Shown here: positions 56,758-64,000 of the stretch, piece after piece | Layout: each line of letters begins with the position of its first letter | Position numbering within the stretch: the first letter of the stretch is position 1 | DNA from: a virus | Strand: one strand, 5' to 3' | IMG/VR virus record: IMGVR_UViG_3300006056_000034 | Span: 4,078 to 68,077 of that record | DNA: 64,000 nt | Program-made: the position numbers and the translations under genes | Notes under the pieces: model-generated | What the model was told of the DNA's origin: nothing | The model's input: only the letters and a program-made list of their open reading frames with translations | The model's database searches: none

Positions 56758-58491
56758 TTATATGTTGATTATTACATTAAGTATATGGTCAGATATGATA
56801 TTGCATATATCATCTTTGTCAATAGATGTGTATGAATTAATAATTGATTTAGATGCATCTATTATTAATTTATCAACGTATACATTGTCTATAGACTCGT
56901 CATATATTTCATTTTTTATTATATTGTATATTCTAGCAGTCTTCATCTCGCTACCAGAATATAATACTTTTGCAATAGATACTACCGCATCTGAATGTTG
57001 ATTCTTTGGTGCTGTCACCGACTTAGTAAGATTAGATGAACCTTTTGCTTTTGATGATGCCCCACTAGTTGCTTTTGCAGTACTAGCAGTGCCTGCTGCT
57101 TTAGCTGCTTTAGCCGCTTTGGCAGCTTCTGCCATCTGCTTCTCTGATAGCGCCCTATCTGCTTCTAGATTAATATCATATTGAAGTTCTGCTCTCATCT
57201 TTTTAAGTTCTGTTTCGCTTAATGCTTTCATGCCAAGCTTTTTACGCGTCTCAGTTATACCCTGTAGTCCTTGTGTCATTTTATTTATTTCGTGAGACTC
57301 TATTTTTATCGTTCTAACAATGTCTATCTCATTAAAAGTAAACAACACCTCATCGGTATCAGGTATAGAGTACGCATTCTTATATCTACCGCTTTCTACA
57401 AGCAACTCTTTTATTATGTGCTCGTTTATAAATGTCATGAATGCATCTTGGTAGGCAATGACGCTTTCTTTTAATGACTCAGACAATACTTCGCCAGTTG
57501 CTCTTCCGCTGCCATCACCTACGCCGAAGTCAACGCTGGACATTCCTAATCCGACAAAAACCCTTTCTTTAAAATGGGCCAGATAAGACTCTACCCTAAG
57601 AGCAAGTGACTCTGCACCTATAGCCTTAATCTCTACCCTTTGATCTGTTACAACACCACCATCGTCCTCTATGTTCTTCAACTGGACTGTTGCCATGTCA
57701 ACTTCAGATCTACCATCAGGGAATGTTTTTGCTGGAACCTTATCTGTTCCAACCTTTACGTGAATAATTGGAAATAGACTTTTATAGATAAGTGTCTCAA
57801 CAGACTCTTCTATTCTTCTTAGAGCCAAGATATCATCTTTTACAGACTCCAATGGAGGAGTGCCCATTAAGAATCCGGTTCTTTTATTAAAGTATAAATG
57901 AATAACATTTTCTGGGCTATATTCTACATACTGCGTAGCTGAGATATATTGTCTATACTTCATTACTTTGCCGTACTTGTCTATTTTTAACTGTACAGTT
58001 TCTGGAGGTAGATTAAAATAACCCGCTACTGGGTCTACCATCTTTCCTCTTATGTTTACTGGCAATCCACCACTGGCTTCTGTTTTTCTTACTCTCACTA
58101 TATATGCATTATGAAAGGTAATAAGATTAGACGCTGTTTCCTTTAGGAATATATCGAAAGGCTTGCCGGTGACATAGCTTATCTCTTGAAGTCTTTGCTT
58201 TATATACTTTGCATTCTTTTCATTTTCAGAAGATAAAGAATATCCGGCCTTAAACATAAGGGTTGTTTTCTTATTGAAAGCCCTAGTTGCGAATGCCTCT
58301 GTGTCTATTATTCTTGAGTACTCATATAGATCATATGCGTGTGACTGCCAATATGTACTTCTCGCATAGTCTCCAGTTGGACCAAAGAACGACAAAGATG
58401 GATTTTTTACGGTCTTTAATCTGTTGACCTTGAAGTCATTGTTTGACAGCTTGGCCTTAGCCATATTTGTAGAGTGTATTATTTCTGTCAT
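56758..58491 (-). CDS. Portal protein
   Basis: FHNAYI...LPPETV...VIHL...GTPPL...FPIIHVKVG...RVFVGLGMS...FTFNEID...ITETRKKLG; position upstream of the protease. Confidence 0.85.
   Translation of the reverse strand: MTEIIHSTNMAKAKLSNNDFKVNRLKTVKNPSLSFFGPTGDYARSTYWQSHAYDLYEYSRIIDTEAFATRAFNKKTTLMFKAGYSLSSENEKNAKYIKQRLQEISYVTGKPFDIFLKETASNLITFHNAYIVRVRKTEASGGLPVNIRGKMVDPVAGYFNLPPETVQLKIDKYGKVMKYRQYISATQYVEYSPENVIHLYFNKRTGFLMGTPPLESVKDDILALRRIEESVETLIYKSLFPIIHVKVGTDKVPAKTFPDGRSEVDMATVQLKNIEDDGGVVTDQRVEIKAIGAESLALRVESYLAHFKERVFVGLGMSSVDFGVGDGSGRATGEVLSESLKESVIAYQDAFMTFINEHIIKELLVESGRYKNAYSIPDTDEVLFTFNEIDIVRTIKIESHEINKMTQGLQGITETRKKLGMKALSETELKKMRAELQYDINLEADRALSEKQMAEAAKAAKAAKAAGTASTAKATSGASSKAKGSSNLTKSVTAPKNQHSDAVVSIAKVLYSGSEMKTARIYNIIKNEIYDESIDNVYVDKLIIDASKSIINSYTSIDKDDICNIISDHILNVIINI
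57098..57133. repeat. Imperfect 9-bp tandem repeat encoding (A-A-K)n in the portal tail
   Basis: GCTTTAGCT GCTTTAGCC GCTTTGGCA GCTTCTGCC on the + strand. Confidence 0.6.
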
Positions 58492-58494
58492 GCG

Positions 58495-60204
58495 TTATAT
58501 CCTAATATTGCCTATGTTTCCAAGAAGGTCATCTAGCGAATCCCTAAGGTTTGCCGACTCTTCTAATGATAGTCTGTTTTCTTTTATTTTTAACCTTAAC
58601 TCTTCTGCTCTGTCGGCTATGCTTCCAGGCTGACTATCATATAGAGGAGGAGCTTCCCCGTCTACATATGGATTGGTTACGTTAAGGAAAGAGAATATGT
58701 TTTTTATAACATCATTTAGATTATTGTCTATGTCTAATGGAATAAAATCTGTATTTGTAGATATATTGTCTAGTGGCCTAGATACGTATGTTGGATCATT
58801 GCCCTTGCCTATAAGATGGCCTTCTGCAAACTCCTTTGCGTCCTTTATTATTACATTTAGATGCGAGTCCTGAATAATATCTCCAAGGTTGCAACCAAAT
58901 ATAGTTAATGGCTTGACACTTATATCGTCTATAGGCTTACCTATTATTATCCCTATGTCCGAGCCGTCAGATTCTGCTATCTCTAGGTTTCTACCTATTG
59001 CCTCAGCAATAGCTGAATATATCTCATCATTTGACAGGATAGCACTACTTGGGTCTACTGATTCGTAGCTTCCTGACCTTGTGATGTTTGAGGCAATTTT
59101 TCTAGTTTTTCTTTTTATTATTGATCTTATGAGATTTATTAATGATATAAACTTCATTATGCCATCGTAATCATCTGACGCCCTAGAAGTACATCTAGCC
59201 GACTCACATAACATATACTGCGATATACCAAAAACATCAATAATTGTGTCTTCTATCGATTTTACGCCAAGCTCTATAACGTCTTTTAGTTCTTGTAGCT
59301 CTTCTGCAAATTTACTTATATCACTTTTGTTGCTATCTTCTTTCTTTATGCCATCTGATATATCCTGTATCTTCTGCTGGCTATCTTTATTTATAGATGA
59401 GGCGGTAACGCTTTCGCCCATAAACCTTATGTCTACAGCGCCCTCTACTTTCTTGGCTAAAGATTTTGCCCTTTCCCTCATGCTTTTTTCTGCATATTCT
59501 TTTTTTGCCTTTTTTATCTGATCTCCAACGCCTTCTGCTGTTTTGCCGACAGTTGTGGACAGCTGTATTAAGGCGTCTATGATACACATTATAGGAGACA
59601 GAGAAATCTTTAAAGACACCTCTGCAAACTTTGAAAGTATTGCAAGCAACTTGCCTATTATTGCCATAATAAATGACATTATATTGAATTTACTAAAGTC
59701 TAAGGCAAAAGCTATTTTTGCCAATGCTGCAATAAGCACAGCCAATAAGCTAAGCAAGTCTGGTATACAAAAAGAATTAAGCGTAAATGCTATAGATGGG
59801 GTATTTATATCTAGAGTCCCACCTTTTTTTAGCTTGTCTATAAAATTTAAAGCGTTATTGATAGTGTCATCTAACGTGTTTGTAAATGCTATCTTTGGCA
59901 AGCTCGGCTTGCAGCTCAGGCAGTTTTGACCAATAGACCTTTTTATAGCTTCAGATAGAGGATCTTTTAAGTATACATTTTTAGCATTATTTTTTGCTTT
60001 ATATATTTCCTGATCTGGAGCATTTACGATTTCATCGATATCTTCTATTTGAGATATATGACCATCTGCCTCATGATATAGGGTTATTGGTATAGGCGTA
60101 AGACAACCATTCTTTCTTATTTCAGATGCAAAGAATCCTGTTATTACATTTGCATAATAGTATGCCTGTTCTGCTTCTGCGCTATTTCTATCCAGTAATG
60201 GCAC
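58495..60204 (-). CDS. Hypothetical protein with long hydrophobic/amphipathic helices
   Basis: 569 aa; CLSC motif, then LLSLLAVLIAALAKIAFAL...IMSFIMAIIGKLLAIL, followed by coiled coil. Confidence 0.6.
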   Translation of the reverse strand: MPLLDRNSAEAEQAYYYANVITGFFASEIRKNGCLTPIPITLYHEADGHISQIEDIDEIVNAPDQEIYKAKNNAKNVYLKDPLSEAIKRSIGQNCLSCKPSLPKIAFTNTLDDTINNALNFIDKLKKGGTLDINTPSIAFTLNSFCIPDLLSLLAVLIAALAKIAFALDFSKFNIMSFIMAIIGKLLAILSKFAEVSLKISLSPIMCIIDALIQLSTTVGKTAEGVGDQIKKAKKEYAEKSMRERAKSLAKKVEGAVDIRFMGESVTASSINKDSQQKIQDISDGIKKEDSNKSDISKFAEELQELKDVIELGVKSIEDTIIDVFGISQYMLCESARCTSRASDDYDGIMKFISLINLIRSIIKRKTRKIASNITRSGSYESVDPSSAILSNDEIYSAIAEAIGRNLEIAESDGSDIGIIIGKPIDDISVKPLTIFGCNLGDIIQDSHLNVIIKDAKEFAEGHLIGKGNDPTYVSRPLDNISTNTDFIPLDIDNNLNDVIKNIFSFLNVTNPYVDGEAPPLYDSQPGSIADRAEELRLKIKENRLSLEESANLRDSLDDLLGNIGNIRI

Positions 60205-60739
60205 TTAATACGCCTCCCTTTATATATTCTGGTATGCTAGGAACTAATAATATTGGTATTGGAGCAGCTCTTACCTTGCCTATTCCAACCTCTGATGACT
60301 CTAAGCTTGTGTTTTTACTAACTATCACCTTGTTATTAATATTGGTTATTGCCGTGGTTGTATTTATCAAGGTGATAGGAAGCCTTGTTCTAGTCCATAT
60401 TATTCTTGGTAATTGAGTAGGCAACAGTCCTTCCACTGGAGCATTAACTAATGTTGTTAATGGCATAGGAGATGTTGGATCACCTGGCTTACCAGAGATA
60501 TGAAAATGCGGCAATATATTGTGAGTATGCGGCGCTATCTTATGTGTATGCTTCTGCAGTATTCCAAATAGAGACGTGAGCTTTTGCTCTATAGTATTTA
60601 TATAAATAAATAACTCTCTTATGAAGTCATACATGTCTTTGTAGTTGACAAAATCGGTGGCAGCATACTGATAAATTCTTTTATACAAATCTGCCCTTCT
60701 TTGTTCGCTTTGAACGCTAGGCGTAGATATGATGGTCAT
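60188..60739 (-). CDS. Hypothetical protein with triple HxH motif
   Basis: Coiled coil followed by HTHKIAPHTHNILPHFHISGKPGDPTSP. Confidence 0.55.
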   Translation of the reverse strand: MTIISTPSVQSEQRRADLYKRIYQYAATDFVNYKDMYDFIRELFIYINTIEQKLTSLFGILQKHTHKIAPHTHNILPHFHISGKPGDPTSPMPLTTLVNAPVEGLLPTQLPRIIWTRTRLPITLINTTTAITNINNKVIVSKNTSLESSEVGIGKVRAAPIPILLVPSIPEYIKGGVLSAITG

Positions 60740-60993
60740 ATGAGGTACTCGCCAGTAAGCTGATCGCCTTTATCTTTGCCTGCCTGCTTGATTATTTCCA
60801 TACACTGTATGTACATATCAAATGATACCGTTGGCATTCCAGCAATAAAGTCTTCTCCGTATATTGCGGTTATAGCCTCTATTACTTCAGGATTCTTATC
60901 TGCATTTATTGCTATACGTATGTCCTTTAGCCCAGCATATAGCTGGGACTGTATGGTCTTTAGTTCTTTTAAAACATCTTCCTTGTCGCTCAT
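60736..60993 (-). CDS. Hypothetical protein
   Basis: 85-aa ORF with an ATGA overlap to the next gene. Confidence 0.5.
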   Translation of the reverse strand: MSDKEDVLKELKTIQSQLYAGLKDIRIAINADKNPEVIEAITAIYGEDFIAGMPTVSFDMYIQCMEIIKQAGKDKGDQLTGEYLI

Positions 60994-60994
60994 A

Positions 60995-61423
60995 TTATTC
61001 TGCCGTTAATTCTATGCTTAGTACAGACTGTATATTTGAAGATATAAGCTGCTCTATGTATACCCATACTGGGATAAGATGACCGTGAACCGGGTTTAAT
61101 ATCTTTGCTTCGTTATAGAATATCAAGTTATCAAAATCCGATAGTTGTGGGGCTATCTCTCCTATTATTATCTTTGCGCCAACATTGGCAATATTGTTAC
61201 ATGTAGCAGATATGATAACGCTCCCTATTTGCGTAGGGGCGTTAATAACCAAGTAATACTTCCTGATTACTGGAGCTAATGGATGTATAGAGCATTCGTT
61301 TACTGCAATGCTAGACAGCTCCATTATTGTTTCACTGAAGTTGTCGTAATAGCAAAGACCTACGTCTGAAACAGTTGATCCAGATATCATTCCGTCATAA
61401 GCATTGTTTATAATATTTATCAT
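60995..61423 (-). CDS. Hypothetical protein
   Basis: 142-aa beta-rich ORF directly after TerL. Confidence 0.5.
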   Translation of the reverse strand: MINIINNAYDGMISGSTVSDVGLCYYDNFSETIMELSSIAVNECSIHPLAPVIRKYYLVINAPTQIGSVIISATCNNIANVGAKIIIGEIAPQLSDFDNLIFYNEAKILNPVHGHLIPVWVYIEQLISSNIQSVLSIELTAE

Positions 61424-61425
61424 TT

Positions 61426-64000
61426 TTAAAATTGAGCCCTTTTACCTTTCTTTTTAAGTAATGTTCCTTTCCCATACAGTAGTGATGAAGTTCTCATTAT
61501 ATCATTATCTTCACCATTATTGTCATCTTGCCTCCTTGCGCCTACGTATAGAACTCTGGATTTAGGACTGCAATTCTCTCTCTTTCTGGTTCTTATTTCA
61601 AGCCCATCGTTATTCTTTCCTGCATATGCGGCAGAAGGTCTAAGATGAGTGGTGCTTGCACCATGAATGTCTTCTTGTGATAAAACCTTGATCGCTATTT
61701 CTGTTCTTAGATTTGCAAATATTTCTGAGAACTCTAAGTTGTACGCTAGTGCCGCCAACATTAAGGCATCTAGATCATGGTCTCCTACAGCTGTATTTGA
61801 CGCATAATATGTCGGCCTTCCGGTCACTCCACGCTTCTCCTCATATCCTTTCAGTTGCTCTATTAGTTTCTTGTCTTCATCTGTGTGTAGCTTGAGCACC
61901 ATCTTCTCTATTAGCCTGTTTAGCGTCTCTACCATATATGGCTTAATGTCTTTCTTGCTATCTAGTCCTGTGTACGGATCCTTTATTTCTATCTTAGAAG
62001 AGAAGTTGATAGCTCTTAGTTCTGATAAGTATAAGTCTGGATGATTCTTTGGAAGTTTACCAAACTGCTCTATAGCAAAACCTTTTAGCATCTCTGCCTG
62101 AGTGGCGCCATATCCCTCGTCTATATATATCTTTTCGAATCTATACTTTCTGTTTAGCTGTATTATCTTTTCCATGGCCATTGTTTGAGTCCAGCCTTCT
62201 TTTGATACTGAAGCCTTTTCAGCTATAGAAAACACATTGTTCTTCTTATCGTATGCTAGAACGCATATCCTTGTTCCTATTTGATCATGGTTCCAGTCGC
62301 AACCCATTGTTATAATGAAGTCGCCTCTTCTTGCCAAAATATCTTCTTGTGTAATTGTATAATCAAGCTTGGTACACATGTCGATATAATACTTCTGGAA
62401 TACGCCTAGTCTTGATGCACCAAACTCAGCCAATACCTCTTGGACGTATCCCATTTCATCAGACTGGTTTCTTAAGTCTCTATCTATCTTGTCGTTATAA
62501 TGCGGCAATACAGAAGATGGGAAATGAAACTCTTTGAATGCTTCATCTTGAGACAACTTATACATTTGTCTTTCCCCATCTGGGGTCGATGATACCCACA
62601 TCTCTGTGTCTGGCTTATCTAGCATAATTGCTAAGATAGAGTTAAAGTCTTTCTGTGTTAATAGATCTGCTTCGTCAACGTATAATATATCAGCAGGCTG
62701 TCCCCTGATCTGTCCGCCGCCACTATTACCTACAGTAAACGCTTTCATCCTTGAGCCATTTCTTAGCTCTATATAATAAGGAGACTCTTTTGCTCTTTTT
62801 ACGATTGAGTCATATGGCTGTTCAAGATTCATTAACAGCTTCTTCATGGTGGTGAAGACCTCTTCCGACTGAGAGTCGTATGGTGTTACAACAAGAATAT
62901 TATAATTATTGTTTGTAAGCATTCTATGCAATAGAGAAAGGACTACTCCGAAAGTATTGTGCGTTACTGTAAAGTTTTTACCGGCCAAGAATAAATGAGA
63001 TTTAGAATCAACCGCTATGCATTTTACGGGCTCCGACTTTATTTTTTCTACTGAAGTAATAAGCTTGTATTTACCTCTGTATGACTCAACGTTGCTGCCA
63101 TATCCATGTATCGTGACACAATAAGTTTCGTCGGTATTTTCTATTGACGTAGAAAGACCCAAAGAGCCCGCGATACTAGATATAAAACTGCCTCCATATT
63201 TATTTATCCCTTCTATCTTAACTCCTCCGCTATTTTGCGAGCCTATTGAATTAACTATCCCTCCAAGCAAATCGCCCCTCTGCTCTAGCGAGCTAAATAT
63301 ATATTTATCATACAGACTATAGCTTTCCATTGTTGCGCTACTAGAGGCACAAATTGAACCTATCTCTACACCAAGGCTATACAGGTCGATTGCCGCTATA
63401 TCTAGTGCCGCAAACTCTACAGGCGCAGTTATTGCCACTGAGAAATTAAATTTGTTCATATTTGACGCAAGAAGATTGCCGGCTATATATTCTGTAGTTG
63501 CAGTTATTGGCTCTATTTTCTTTGTTTTGATTTTGGAATTATTTTTTCTAATAGCATAATTTTCAACAACCCATAGATGTTCTTTGTCTGCCACAATACT
63601 TGTCCCGTCACTAAAAACTACGTTATAGCATTCGTGATCATACATTATGTCTGTGGCCATCGTTACTCTTGTGCGATTACCGTTTTCATCTAATACAAAG
63701 TCTCCTGCCCTTATGTCGCGTAATAGCACAAATCCATCTGGTGTCGGAATTGGAGTGTCTACCGACAGCGCCTTTCCAATTCTTCGCCCAGACCTTATCG
63801 TCTTCCTTTTGCTTGAGCAGTTTGTATATTGATTCTGATACCATCTTTTGCTAAAAAGCCTTTCTTTCTTATCTTTATTTTTGACATCTATATTATTTTC
63901 TGCCCATTCGTATGGGTTATATGCCTCTCTAAGCAACTGAAGTTCTTCAGTAGACAATACATGTCTGACTTCCTCTGGCACCATGTTGTCTATTGTTAAT
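61426..64000 (-). CDS. terL: Terminase large subunit, intein-containing (5' end probably outside the window)
   Basis: Walker A SGRRIGK|T split by the intein, IRGQ, Walker B LYVDEAD, motif III SSTP, nuclease motifs MGCDWN / YIDEGYG / DHDLDALMLA. The frame is open from 63999 (LTIDN) to the ATG at 63984. Confidence 0.92.
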   Translation of the reverse strand, partial: LTIDNMVPEEVRHVLSTEELQLLREAYNPYEWAENNIDVKNKDKKERLFSKRWYQNQYTNCSSKRKTIRSGRRIGKALSVDTPIPTPDGFVLLRDIRAGDFVLDENGNRTRVTMATDIMYDHECYNVVFSDGTSIVADKEHLWVVENYAIRKNNSKIKTKKIEPITATTEYIAGNLLASNMNKFNFSVAITAPVEFAALDIAAIDLYSLGVEIGSICASSSATMESYSLYDKYIFSSLEQRGDLLGGIVNSIGSQNSGGVKIEGINKYGGSFISSIAGSLGLSTSIENTDETYCVTIHGYGSNVESYRGKYKLITSVEKIKSEPVKCIAVDSKSHLFLAGKNFTVTHNTFGVVLSLLHRMLTNNNYNILVVTPYDSQSEEVFTTMKKLLMNLEQPYDSIVKRAKESPYYIELRNGSRMKAFTVGNSGGGQIRGQPADILYVDEADLLTQKDFNSILAIMLDKPDTEMWVSSTPDGERQMYKLSQDEAFKEFHFPSSVLPHYNDKIDRDLRNQSDEMGYVQEVLAEFGASRLGVFQKYYIDMCTKLDYTITQEDILARRGDFIITMGCDWNHDQIGTRICVLAYDKKNNVFSIAEKASVSKEGWTQTMAMEKIIQLNRKYRFEKIYIDEGYGATQAEMLKGFAIEQFGKLPKNHPDLYLSELRAINFSSKIEIKDPYTGLDSKKDIKPYMVETLNRLIEKMVLKLHTDEDKKLIEQLKGYEEKRGVTGRPTYYASNTAVGDHDLDALMLAALAYNLEFSEIFANLRTEIAIKVLSQEDIHGASTTHLRPSAAYAGKNNDGLEIRTRKRENCSPKSRVLYVGARRQDDNNGEDNDIMRTSSLLYGKGTLLKKKGKRAQF
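62956..63771 (-). mobile_element. Class 3 intein (Ala1, W-C-T triplet) with degenerate endonuclease region, 272 aa, +1 Thr
   Basis: Begins ALSVDTPIPTPDG; block B ADKEHLW, block F VKCIAVD, block G FTVTHN then T. Confidence 0.9.

Noticed and set aside
12785..63854. Many + strand ORFs in the structural block (e.g. 15978..16616, 21257..22015, 32419..32886, 38228..38989)
   Set aside because: They lie fully antisense to long motif-bearing genes, are Ser/Ile/Leu/Phe-rich as expected for shadow frames, and show no recognisable motifs.
1..64000. Stop-codon reassignment, tRNA genes or large non-coding RNAs
   Set aside because: Standard-code ORFs tile almost the whole window with all three stops in use. 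Intergenic gaps are under about 100 bp and show no cloverleaf-like pattern.

Overview
Gene-dense, AT-rich segment of a large tailed phage with a contractile (myovirus-type) tail. It is read in the standard genetic code, and no tRNA, rRNA or CRISPR array was seen. Positions 1-12250 (+ strand) are a replication and nucleotide-metabolism block: Cas4/RecB-like nuclease, fused primase-helicase, DUF559-like endonuclease, ATP-dependent DNA ligase, class Ia ribonucleotide reductase (intein in nrdA) and a dATP/dGTP diphosphohydrolase-like gene. Positions 12215-64000 (- strand) are one continuous morphogenesis block: intein-containing terminase large subunit, portal, protease/scaffold, capsid, neck, sheath, three tube-fold paralogs, chaperones, three giant proteins, baseplate and fibre genes. 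The main find is the 1600-aa protein at the usual tape-measure position (35812..40614). It carries the catalytic motifs of a single-chain two-barrel (double-psi beta-barrel) RNA polymerase in the correct order (FNDGAG, K-x6-K, R-E-P, DFDYD), with hydrophobic segments at both termini. It sits between a hydrophobic-segment-rich 1228-aa protein and a 2053-aa hub-like protein containing lytic-transglycosylase and staphylococcal-nuclease domains. Together these suggest a virion-delivered transcription/entry module. Both inteins are non-canonical: an Ala-starting class 3 intein in TerL and a Gln-terminated intein in NrdA. All calls come from motif reading by eye; no searches were run.
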